A stretch of DNA of 64,000 bases, from contig CATNEN010000039.1 of NCBI GenBank assembly GCA_950097015.1, positions 14,384,001 through 14,448,000 on the forward strand, read 5' to 3'. This stretch comes from Macrostomum hystrix. Its lineage: Eukaryota; Animalia; Platyhelminthes. Positions 21,098 through 32,842 of the stretch are shown piece after piece. The notes under the pieces were generated by a model. That model had not been told where the DNA came from and searched no databases. It saw only the letters and a list, made by a program, of their open reading frames with translations. The position numbers and the translations under genes were made by a program. Numbering within the stretch: position 1 is the stretch's first letter; every line of letters begins with the position of its first letter.

Positions 21098-24000
21098 ATG
21101 ACCGACCTCGATCGAGCCGGACTGCTCGGAGCTCTGGCTGCGAGCGCGTCTGTCGCAAACCTTACAAACCCCGGTGTTGGCAATGTCACCGCTGGTGGTA
21201 ACGGTAGCAGCATCACAAACGTCACCGCGGAAGTGATCCGTGGGCTGCTGGAAATCAACGAGACCACACCCCAGCCGGACGACCCATCGGGCGTGGAGCA
21301 CGGGCGTCGCTATTGGGTTTTGGGCCTACTTCTGTTTCCCTGCTTCACCATCTTCGGCAACGTGCTCGTCGTCATGTCGGTGGTTCGCGAACGAAGCCTA
21401 CAGTCCGTCACTAATTACTTTATCGTTTCTTTGGCATTTGCCGACATTCTAGTTGGCGCCATTGTCATGCCAATTTCAGTGTTCGTCGAGGTGAGTGAAC
21501 TGACTTTAATTTTAATCATACAGTTCGCGCACGATCTAAAAATTTCGTTCTTGGAAAACGGTTTGAACCGTGAAGCTCCAAAACGAAATAACTTCATACC
21601 CGCGTCGTTGGCACGGGGGTGAGTGGCAGAGCTGTCTAACGCGTTTGCCCCTAGCACCAACGAGCTCGCATGAGCTCAAGAGCTCGATTTCACGGCGAGG
21701 CCACATTCAATTGATTTGGATATGGCTTGGGCGCTTGTGGAGCAATTTACGCCCTCGAGGACCACGTCAGGGCAGGTGTACACACCTGTGTGCGCGTGTG
21801 CCTGCGTACGGTATCTGTGTTCAGGAGTCAGCGAAATGGACAGAATTGCCTTCTCGCTGGCTGCGGGTCTAGTGTCACCAAATGATGTGCCGTTGCCCGC
21901 AGCATCCCTGCAATTACGAGTATACTCGAAATAATAATTTAAATAATATAATTATACCCGCGTTGGCTGTGTCGAATGCTTTAGCGAGGCCCTGCAGGAC
22001 GTCCTCTTGCAGACCCAGTTTCACTTACGTGAACAGCATGCTTAGCAGCCAAATCATCAAATTTAAACGGTACCTTATGAAAGCGTCTTCTAAAGCGACG
22101 TCTAAAAATGAACTTGTTCGCCTATCGAATTGGAACCGGGCTGTGCATGCCCTCTAGCCACACGTCTTGTCAATCACTGGTACTGGAAGTAAACCGCACG
22201 CGGTCTTCGTGGGGCTCCATCAATGCCGAGCGATCGAATAACTGGCGCTGGTCGCTTGCGGGATGCATCTATTGGAAACGGTTTAACGGAACGCAGAGTT
22301 GTAGGCTTGTATTTGCCTTGCCAGTCTCTCTCCAGTACCAAGTTAGGAATAAACAATCCCGCAGCAGAGAAGTGTGTAATTATGTTTAGTAATGCGACTC
22401 TCTTCCCCTTTAAGTGTCTCTCAACTAAACAAGAAGTAACATGACTGTTTGTGCGCGAAACCTGCAGCCGTTTGTCTAGAACGGGCGATGTATAAATAGA
22501 TCCCAGCGACCTTCTGTTCCCCATTCAGCTCTTAAATTGGGTACCCGTTTGCGGCGGCGCTCCCAGACGCCACACGAAAAGAATTTTAATCATGTTTCAA
22601 AAGCGGCAGTCGCATTGCGCAGTGAGTCAGTGAGTAGGACAGACGGAGAGACAGGGTCAGATGTAGGCACCACGCTTGTGGGAATAACGAGACCTCATGC
22701 CTCCAATCCTGTTGTGAGCCTTTTAAACTCAACGGTTTGTTTGTCTGAGGCTCCCATGAGAGATTGGCCCCACTAATCTGCAGGCGCGTCCTCATTAGCA
22801 TGGGATTAGCATTCCAGATCCCTTGATGTGACTTAAATTTTGCTCAGGCTGCAGTCAATAAATTACTGCAAGTTTAAGGATCTTCGTTCTCTTCACTTCT
22901 CTAGCCCGGTTTTCAGACTAAAGACTCTGCTGATTGACCTGACGCGCATTGTCCGAAGTAAGACTAATTTTTTATCTATAAAATAATTATCCAATTCTAA
23001 CTCTCACCAATTGGCGACTTGAAGATTCTAAACTAGCAGGACTGGCTGCATTGAGTAATGATAGTAAAGCCATTCCAAGGAGAATAAGAGATTGCTTCAA
23101 CAACAATATGTCTATTGAGTATGGTATCTGGGGCACAATGAGCAGCTGTATAGGAGAGGTGGTTGGCAGCTAGGTTTGCTGGGGAACGGCTGGCCATTCA
23201 GCACGCCTTCCAAACTGCTGAAATCCGCGGGATCCTTCCGCGTCTCCGGGTCTCTCGGCTCTCCAGCTCAGCTTGGGTCTCCAGAGAGGGCAGAGCACAT
23301 CCGGGTGCTCTGACCTGGCCTGCAGCCTCAATAAGTCATTCATTACTTCTTTGCTGTGCGCTAGCTCATCTTTTTAAGGCAGAAAACTTGCATTGCCAGC
23401 CGGCCGTGCTTCTGCGGCTCGTACTTAACTTACCCAACTTTCCTGCCATTCATGAGATTGCCGATTGGCACTGTCAATGAAATTGGCCCTTGACATTGTA
23501 AGTTGGTACGTAGGACAAGACACAGGTTAGACAGATAGCAGCGTGGAGATAGATAATTTACGATTAGTTAAACTTTTTACTGGCGGACTTGCTGATTGAT
23601 TCTCATTGCTCGATTAGCTCACAGATTTATCCATTGATTTTTGGCTGATTATTGATTGATAGACTGATAACTAACATCCAACCTTCCTCCCATGAGAATG
23701 TACAAAATGTTTATGGCGGGTGGCAAGCGGGTATGACGCTCAGGCCTAGATGACAGAAATGGTCTCAGATGGGACCACAGATAAGAACTGTGACAGGCAG
23801 TAGCTCTACGCTAGGATCTGAGTCGCCAATCTGAGCAAGGACTCGGTCTCTGCTGCACACAACAGGAGAACTGCATGAGACCCGGCATAGTTAGGCCAGC
23901 CATAGCAGGTTTAAGGAAGTCCATTAGCATTTTTTATTTGACCGCCCTGCTTCCTGTCTCCGGGAGAAAATGGAGCAGCTGCGATGAGAGACCAGAGCGG

Positions 24001-27000
24001 GAGAAAGCCACCAGAAAGAGGAAAAAAGAAACACGGGCCGCTTCTGAAAAATAACGAACATGACGTCCATTGCTGTGCCAGAAAAAAACGCAAGGAGAAG
24101 GAAGAAAGACACGAGAATATTAGCGGTGCTGCTTATCGTTGGGAGTTCGAATCTCAGCCCGAGGAAAAGCTTTGTGTCCTTGAGTAAGGATCTTTAATTA
24201 TTTAATCCTCAGCTGGTACATTAGGGCGGAAATTTAGGTGGGTTTTGGGTCGACAGTCGTTGGACTGTACACTGTGTTTTGGAAGCGCAATTCCACAACT
24301 TAACATATGACGAAACTGCATTGGTAAGGGGTCGTATCTTATATTTATCTTGGACTACTGCACAATGACAGCAACAAGAGGAACTTCTCCCGCCAGCCTC
24401 TGTCGATTGCCGGTCAGGATATCTAGCTGCTCGCAGATACTCAGGTCAGCGGGCGTCCAACCAGATGACATGGTCAGAAGGGTCTTACTGCCCACTCCGA
24501 AAGCCGCAGCAGCATGACCCCATGCCTAGCGTCTAGCTGCCTCTTCAAGGCGTCCGTCAGGGTCCAGGTCTCGGCGTTGCACAACAAGACAGTCTCAACG
24601 ACTACCTGAAATAGTCGAGCGCTGAGCCCGTCATCCAGAGCCTCGGATTAAAGCACGAAGCGCAGCGCACGCCGAGCGGTACCGTGAAAACGAACGTCTT
24701 CCGTGCGTTCAGCACGAGCCACTGGCACCATCAGACGTTCATAACATCAGTGCGAGGTCGACCGCGTAACCGAGAAAAGAGAGCCGCTTCTGCGGTTGCC
24801 ACCGACTCTTCTCAGAGGAGAGCCAAGCATCAAAGTTGGGCTTGATTCAACCCAGAAAGTTCTAATCAAATTTTCCACTCTTTAAACCGCAGGTTCAGAC
24901 ACACTTCCAAAGCTGTCTTACATCGCTTACTTTTCCTTCCTACATGCATATAATCAATAACCTTTACCAAGCTGCGAGGGCCCAGGTGAATTGGCCCCCT
25001 AGATACTAAGCTGGCACAATGGGAAACTTCATTTAGTACGCAGTGCAGCTGAACTGAAGCGCTGGCGAAACGCTAAATAAACTGGAAGTCAGAGCCGCCT
25101 TATACCACAATGAATGCAGGTTTCCATAATCCCCAATTCACTAGAAGCAGCAGCGGAAGTCCGATCCGATGACGAGAGAGAAAGATCTACCACTTTTGAT
25201 CCCCATTTTTCATGTTCAAGCTTCTGATCGGACACCGAATGGCAATTCCGAGCCAGCGATAAGACTAAAAGTGCTTCTGACACTGGTCCAGAGAGCCGAT
25301 CGTTTCAACCTGCGCCAGGGTTGCTTGCGGAGAGTCCAGCCAGTTCCTGAATCTCTTGGCAAAAAGCTTCAATAGTTAGAATAGCTAAAATACGAGGGGT
25401 GTCCAAAAAGTAGTGATACTTTTGCTCGTACAGCCTTACTGCATGCTTGAAAATCAGCAAGTTTGGTGTTGTTGGAAAGCGAAAAATATCAGCTTTAATT
25501 TGACTGCAAACATTTAACAAAAAGACAACCTATAACAAAGTTATGAATAGAAACACACAACAAGGTCAGCCATAGAGTTACAATGAATTTATGCATGGTG
25601 TAACAGGTCAAGAAGTTTCGACAGTTAGTACGACTCATCATCATCAGGGAGGGAAGCTTTCTCCACATAATTACCCCCCGATTGCACGCACTTCTCCCAG
25701 CGACGAAACAAGCGATCAATCGCATCTGCGTAGATCTGTGGTGGGTCGGAACCCTTCAGTGTCCACACTTTAGACTCTTGCTTTGTCGGCGGGTCAAAAT
25801 GTGGAACCCACGTCTCGTCGCCAGTAACAATCAACTGGCAGAACTGATTCCAGCCACCGCGTTGACTTACCAGATTCAGGTTCCCTTGGCATGTCTGCTG
25901 GCGCTGCGGTCGCATATCAGCAGTGAGGAGCTTTGGGACCTAGCGGGCGCTCAGCTTAACGAAGTTCATATTGGTCAGGCAGAGATGAACCGTTGATCGT
26001 GGGGTGTCGAGTCTGTCAGCAATCTCACGAATTGTCATTCTGCAGTCTTCTTCCAGCAGATCAAGAATCCGGTCAGCCAAAGCCTTTGAGCTTGGTGCAG
26101 ATGGCCTTCCTGGCCTTGGCAAGTCAGCCAAATTTGTTCTTCCTGACTCAAATTGCTCGACCCATCTGTACACCGTCATGCGACTTACTGCTTCGGCTCC
26201 GTGAATGCTGCACAGATGATGGTAAATCTCCTGTCCACTTTTCCCATTACTCCATAGTGTGTGAATTGCGTGTCGCTGTCCTTCCTTTGAGCGCACGTCC
26301 ATAACTGTCAGTTGAACAGAATCTGGTCTTGAAAAAGCAAGCACTTGTGAAAGACAAATGAGCTGGCAGTGCAGAAGCAGGCAGGCAGGCAGAAGCAAGC
26401 TGGCAGTGCGAAGAAGACTTAGCCACAATTTTACCACAGACAAACAAAAAGCAACCCTCGTACGCTCGTAAAATTCTACCCCAGTATTTATTGGTTTACA
26501 TTTATTGATTTGATTATCGTACCGTAGATAAGCAAGATAGCAAAACTGAATATCGTTTGTTTAGAAAATCTTAGATTGATTACGAATCTCTCTTTGCAAC
26601 GTTAAAATGTCAACGTTTGATTATTTTATTTCAGGATTTTGTTTGACGAATTCAACAGATTGATTTGGGATCGATTTGGAGTGAGCAAATGACTCGGCTA
26701 GTCCCCGGTTACTGATGCTTTACGTTACTCTGGGGAAAACTTTCTTTAAAAAACGATTACATCGACCTAATGTTTTTAATACGCGTTTTTATAATGGTGT
26801 AAAAATGTTTTGCTAAAAGCTCGTCTCCATTTGTCGGCAGTGGCACTGCACACTGCAGCGGCCTGCTTATCCCAAGTTTTCAAATCCGCCGCGTCACCTG
26901 CATGCCTCAGCGTGACCGGAAGGCTCCCAAGCGTGGCATTCGGGTCTAGAGTGCGTCTCGAGGGGCTGGGGGTACCCGACCACTCGAGTGCGCCTCTGAG

Positions 27001-30000
27001 GACCAGCCGGGCGTAAAGAATGTGCCGCATTTTTACGCCGGGCGACTGCAAGTTAGCGAGTTAGCCGATGGCCACTTACAGTGCCCCGCCGCTCGTCTCT
27101 CTCTGCTCCCTTCTTATTTCTTTCTTTCTCGCACTCAGCGTGAAAACAAACACTGCACAGCGGGACTGTCGCGGTCGACAGCGGATCTGCTATTTTTTCG
27201 TCGACAATCAGCCTTCGACTGTGCCGCTGACTGGGACCTGGTGGCCAATTCAGGAAGTGTAGTGCAGCCAGTCTGGTGCACGGGCTGCTAGTACAAGCCC
27301 GAACCAAGTGGTCCTCTGGCCGATGTAAGAGCACTCTATACCCTCCTCTCTACAGTCCTCTCTCTGGCCTACTCTTATACTCTCTTCTTTATTTCTTGGA
27401 CTCGCTCGCCACTCTCTCGGCTGGCAACTCAAGCGAGCAGCATCGGGCAAAACGCTGGCTTCTTCCAGAAGAGCGAAGAAAGAGAGGCCACTACCTCTCT
27501 ATTCCCTCCCTGTCCGACCAACACTGATCTGGAAATTGTTTTCTCGGCTGATTAGATACGTTGCAAAGCGATTTAACTACTCCACCGCCGAGGCTGTGCC
27601 GCCTTGGCTACCTTTATTATTATTGAGATAAGCGTGTCGCGGGACCCTTTGTCTGGACCCAAAAATAAAGCTGCGGAATCTTTGTGCCTTATCAAGCCTG
27701 TCTCTATCCGTGTCACCGGAAGCTACGAGTTTGACAACTATTTTTAGATCACATGGCTTTTTTCATCTTGTAGTGTAGCAGCAGCACCAGAAGCAGTTTT
27801 TAATATCGAAAGAAGTTGCAGAAAAACCTACATCCAGAGCAGCTGTAGCTTCAGTCGCAGTTTAAGTTGCATTTTCGATTCCGATTCCCGAACCATTTCC
27901 AGGTAATGGACGGTGTATGGCACTTCGCTAACATCATGTGCGACCTGTGGATCATGTGCGACGCTATGTTCTCCACTGCTTCAATTCTCAACTTGGTTGC
28001 CATCAGCATTGACAGGTCAGTTTGAAAGGGGCACTAGTCAGTAATGAATAACATTCAAGGCTAGGAAATCTATGCGAACCAACACCCACAGGTTCATTGC
28101 GGTCACGCAGCCTATCAAATACTCGAAGCACAAGAACTCTAAGCGTACACACGTGACAATCGCGGCCACCTGGCTAATTTCTATGGCCATCGCGCTGCCC
28201 ATTGGCTGCGGCCTGCAGAACCTTAACGGGATTCGAAACCGAACGGAGTTGAAAGACTCCTGTATCTTTTTTCACGGAGACTTTCTTATCTATTCTAGTC
28301 TGGGTAGTTTCTATATTCCCTGCCTGGTTATGCTGGTTCTGTACTACCGCATCTTCAAGGTGAGGCATTGTTGTGTGGTTTGGGTCAGGGTTCGGGTCAA
28401 CAGAATGCCGCAGTATTAATGCAGTTTTATTGGCATTGTTTTGTGGTTTGGCCTGGGTTTTAGCCTAGTGTTTTCAGCGTCGGACTCACGACTTGAAGGT
28501 CGAGGGTTCGAATCCCGATTCTATAACGTCCTTTATTATGCCCTAATTATGCAATTTAGCGAGTTTCAACTCAGCATTGCTTCAGTTCACCCAGCTGTTA
28601 AATGGGTTTCAGCATCAGCTGGGGTAATTGAGGGCGGGTGTCGCGTCCTCCCAGTCCATGGACTGAACAAAAGTACGCAGCCTTCAGATGCGCCGCGCAA
28701 TAGCGGCTGTGCTGTCAGCTGCGCATCTGGTCCAATTAGGGCCTGTGGTCGTAAAAAAGTATAGTTATTAGGATGCCTGTTGTTAGTAACATTTAATAGA
28801 TCGTTGTACCACACGTCAACACACTCGAAACACAGCCACTGTACTCCGACACTAACGTCCTGATTCTGTGAATTTTTCATTCTTCATACATAAAATTGAG
28901 TTCTCATGTTGATGCTCAACTGGTAGAAACATCTAAAATACCAATGCCAATGAAGTCTTGGGCGCCACAATGCGCCATCAACATGTTGAGAACCCTTCTG
29001 CTGCAAGCATTGCGTGACTCGGGGGTTGCCAAATACGGGCCAATTCATTTGAAATTCTTTTCGAAGAACCTAATGGCAAGAATAATTAACATAGCTGTGT
29101 ATAGCTGTGATGAATCTATATTGGTACAAAAATACGATATAATCAAATTCAAATCCGGATTAAACTACCTGATTAAATCTGGACGTCGGACAAGCAGCTT
29201 TAATCAGGTAGGCATCCAGTTTAATCAGATAGATATCCTATTAAATTAGGTACACAGGGCACAGCGAGGAACGAAGCGATATTTTTATACTTAAAAATGT
29301 AATTTAGGCATCCCGTTGATAAACAATAGACGAAAAAACACCTGCCCTGACAATCAAGGTCATCTGGCGTCGAGCTAAAAAGGCCGCCTCTGCCAAGAAG
29401 GGCGGCTGCAGCGGCGGAGGAGGAGGAGCTGGCGGAGGGGCCGGTGCAGGCGGCAAAATCTACGCCAACTGCAAAGCCACAGCCTCAGCAGCCGTCACTT
29501 GCGCTGACGACACAACAGCCGCGGTGGCTGTCGGCGCGACGGAGGCGGCGGAGGCGACTGATGCGGCGCCAGAGGACGAAGTCAGGCGCGCCCTTGTCAT
29601 CGTTCACGCCAGTCCGAGGCGACCGAACAACCTGAGCCTGAGCCTCAGCGGTGGCGTCGGAGCTGGCGGACGCTGCGTTCGCCAGAATTCCTCATCGCTG
29701 TCCTCTCACCACAGTCGTCGAAGCATTCGCCGCGGCAACAGCGGCTGCAGCGTTCACGGTAATGCCTGGGACGACGATGAAGAGGAAGATGAAGCGGACT
29801 TCGATGACGAGGAGGCTGGGAACTGCTCTCTGGCGCTTAACGACAGCTTCGCGGCTCCCTGCGCCGGGCCGATGGACGAGAACCACAGCACAATCTGCGA
29901 GACCCGGCTCAACAACCATTCCGGTCGGACTGCAGCCTCCGCCTCGTCGGACAATCAGCTTCGAAAGCCAAAGAAGTCGTCCCGGATGCAGCAGCTCGAC

Positions 30001-30869
30001 TCCAGCTGGGCCAGAAGGGCGTTCCAGCTCAACTTGAAACGAAATCGCAACAAGGGTCGCGTGGAGCGTTCGGCCGCAAGAAGGGAGAAAAAGGCAACGA
30101 AAACTCTGGCCATTGTGCTGGGTAAGTGTGACAACACGATCGATTAGCAGTAGAAAGATGGTTCAAACTTTCCGCCCTTTGCGATTAACTTACTTTCAAA
30201 GGCGTCCGACGTCAGCATCATCGGGATATTCAGCGTTTCTTTTCGAAGAACCTAATGGCAAGAAGAATTAACATACGTCGCTGTCTATAGCTGTGATGAA
30301 TCTATATTGGTACAAAAAATACGATATAATCAACAACAATAGCCGATATCGCTATATGCTGAAATTTTTGTGAGCAGAAAAATTATGCCGATATTGGTGG
30401 TTCCTTGACACCAGACATCCCGTCGAGAATATCTCGATGATTGATATGTTTTTGTGATTCTGGAAGTTGTTTCATTGAGAAATGTGGCCTCGCCGTGGAA
30501 TTGAACTTAGTGACCTTGGTGCGAGAGGCAAACCGCTCTACCACCGACAGCCTCCGCAGCCCTTCTGTAGTTTAGTTTTTTTAATTGTGCCGATTCGTCA
30601 TGCTGAGAAATCGCTCCAACACCGCGCATTCCGCAGGTGTTTTCCTGCTCTGCTGGCTCCCATTCTTCATCTCCAATCTGATCTGGGCGGCCTGCCTGAA
30701 GAGCATCGACACGCCGATGTTCAGCGGACCGCTGTGCCAGTACGACCGACGCATCGGCGTCTTCATCGTGTGGCTCGGATATGTGAACAGCACCCTCAAC
30801 CCGCTAATCTACACCATCTTCAACAATGAGTTTAGGAAGGCCTTCAAGAAGTTGCTTCACTTTGGTTGA
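21098..30869 (+). CDS. D2-like dopamine receptor (class A aminergic GPCR, Dop2R/DRD2-like), ~589 aa
   Basis: Phase-consistent exons 21098-21490, 27903-28015, 28092-28359, 29359-30121, 30637-30869 (1770 nt). Motifs: [15 protein letters not shown]3 Asp ([13 protein letters not shown]), [14 protein letters not shown]5 [35 protein letters not shown]; long ICL3 and short C-tail. Confidence 0.9.
21616..21915 (+). mobile_element. SINE family A copy in GPCR intron 1
   Basis: A-box-like TGGCAGAGC head. 3' stem GCTGCGGG...CCCGCAGC (21860-21903) shared with the 52-kb copy. Confidence 0.75.
24340..24830 (-). pseudogene. Decayed RTE-like LINE 3' fragment
   Basis: Minus strand reads [31 protein letters not shown], typical of the post-RT region of RTE-clade elements; broken frames. 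Confidence 0.65.
25393..26460 (-). mobile_element. Mariner (DD34D-type) transposon, internally deleted and inactive
   Basis: Ends TA-CGAGGG...CCCTCG-TA. Transposase from ATG 26302: HTH with GRPS, KLSAR*VPK (W mutated to TAG at 25942-25940), IVTGDETW, then a jump to C-terminal RWEKCV..GGNYVEK; the second and third catalytic Asp are deleted. Confidence 0.88.
28460..28760 (+). mobile_element. SINE family B copy in GPCR intron 3
   Basis: TAGCCTAGTG A-box-like, GGTTCGAATCC B-box, CATTGCTTCAGTTCACCCAGCTGTTAAATGGGT core, shared tail. Confidence 0.78.
29055..29146 (+). repeat. ~90-bp segment duplicated at 30237-30333 (repeat family C)
   Basis: TTCTTTTCGAAGAACCTAATGGCAAGA...ACGATATAATCAA occurs in both introns flanking GPCR exon 4. 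Confidence 0.8.
30160..30478. repeat. Repeat family C copy in GPCR intron 4
   Basis: Homologous to 29055-29146 (direct) and 6905-7068 (inverted). Confidence 0.65.
30481..30555 (-). mobile_element. SINE family A head fragment
   Basis: Minus strand GGTGGTAGAGCGG (A box)...GTTCAATTCC (B box)...GGCGAGGCCACATT. Confidence 0.65.
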
Positions 30870-31186
30870 CACGCAATAATCTCGCAATTCAACAAAGTGG
30901 ATTTTTCTGTCTGTGAAGGCCTAAAGTTATCAGCCTTGTTTGCTCAAAGTCCATCCTCTTAAAATATTTTTTCGAAATAAATACTATTTGTCATTATACT
31001 AACCTTAGATTTTGGCTGCAAAGTAAACTGCCGACCCCGTGTCAGCAGCTATAGTACATTGATTTCAAATTTGCACCGCTGAATGCACAGCAAAATGTTG
31101 ATTTCATAATTTGTATTTTTAATAGAATAATTCTGTTCTTTTGCGTACGAATGCATTCAGCAACTTTGGCTGAAATCTGTCAATTG

Positions 31187-31395
31187 CCTAGCTAGTTGTT
31201 TAAAGCTTCGGACACACGACTTGAAGGTCGGAGGTTCGATTCCCGACTCCACTGGAACAATATTGTGTCCTTTAGCAGGGTGTGGCGTCCCCCCAGTCCA
31301 TGGACTGAACAGCCGTACGCAGCTTTCAGATGAGCCGCGCAATAGCTGCGGCTGTGCTGTCGGCTGCACATCTGGTTCAATTGGTTCAGATGTAA
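31187..31395 (+). mobile_element. SINE family B copy (internal deletion of core)
   Basis: GGTTCGATTCC B-box; CAGTCCATGGACTG and hairpin tail. Confidence 0.75.
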
Positions 31396-32166
31396 TTAAG
31401 ATTGCACTTTTCAAATTTCAAATAACCTGGTGCCCTGGTGGATATATGTTAAGTCAAAATGGCTACAATTAAGCATGGACATTTATCAAGAGATATTAAA
31501 TAATCTGCTACGCTTTGGGATTTTGTTTCCTCGCGGCCCAATGCATCTCCATCTGTTTAGCTTGAAATCTGCAATAGTGGCTGGCGTTTCGATTTTCACA
31601 TTTCCCCTTTGAAGTGTAGTCATCACTCAAGTTCAGTTTATAGCTACAAATTTCTGCAGTGGCTTCAGGTTTAAAATTAGGGAACAAAGCAACGGATAAT
31701 CGTGTTGACACTAGATACAGATAGCATGCAACAGCAGCTTGTTCTTTTCGGCTTCTCATGCTCATCAGATTTAATGCAATCAGATCTTGATCTCCCGTTT
31801 CACATACATTTTTTATCAGAAAGGCTGTTAAAATCGAAATAGAATTTTTCGTAGCTCTTACGCATAAGCGCCAGAAAATTGCTCAGGTTAATGAAATAAC
31901 TTAGAACTTGTTTGCACTGTTGCACTTGATTGAAATTAATATTTGTTTAAATCAGTTTTGTGTTTGTTTGTCTGCCGTGCTGCGAGTATTATGGTGATTG
32001 TCTTTAGATAGTGTTTAATCTAAAAATACTTGTAATAAATTGTAATAAATTGCTTAGTTTGTGACGTTGCTTTTACAATTTTTTCTTTTGTATTTTTGTT
32101 ACCATTAATGCAAATTGATGGAAGATTAAAATACTTAGCCCAGTTGGGTGCAGTACAAGCCAGAAC

Positions 32167-32405
32167 CAGCCAATCTTAGGCGGAGTGAGGGGGTTGTAGC
32201 GCATAGCTGACTGTTTATAGTCACAGCCAATCATAGAGCGGAGTGAGGGGGTTGTAGCGCATAGCTGACTGTTTATAGTCACAGCCAATCTTAGAGCGGA
32301 GTGAGGGGGTTGTAGCGCATAGCTGACTGTTTATAGTCACAGCCAATCATAGAGCGGAGTGAGGGGGTTGTAGCACATAGCTGGCTGTTTGGCCACAGCC
32401 AATCA
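32167..32405. repeat. 58-bp tandem repeat, ~4 copies, each beginning CAGCCAATC
   Basis: Units start at about 32167, 32224, 32282 and 32340. Confidence 0.9.
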
Positions 32406-32842
32406 AATCCGAGCAGGACACAGCCGTATCTTAGGTATGTGGGTCAAAATGCAGTTCGTCATTTCAATCATTGACACAAATTAGATTTCGTAATTATCTT
32501 ATCACTCCGATCGACACGCAATTGAGTCGAAAATTTTATGGAGCAACAGTTGCTTGAGTTGCTCAACATGCGATTCAATTTAAATGGTTAGAGTAAATGC
32601 AATATAAGAATATCCCAATAGATTTCGAGTTGAGCTGGCTTGGCTTTTTTAGTTAGTGAGGTAGGGAGACATTTTAATTTCCTGTCCAACTTCCGTGAGA
32701 CATGGTGATAGGGCGACTTACATCACTTCCTAAACAGATGCTGAGCACACGAATTGATGACATTTCACAGACTTTCTCAACTAGCAGCTTGGCAAAGGCG
32801 TTATCGCTTAGAGGCGAGGAAGCCAAAGCTTTCTTCAGGGAT

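Noticed and set aside
25050-25085. Hammerhead-ribozyme-like CTGAAG...GCGAAAC (also CTGATGA on the minus strand at ~8650 and CTGAAGA in the 63.6-kb array)
   Set aside because: The catalytic core is incomplete (no full CUGANGA plus stem II plus GAAA with closing stems I and III).
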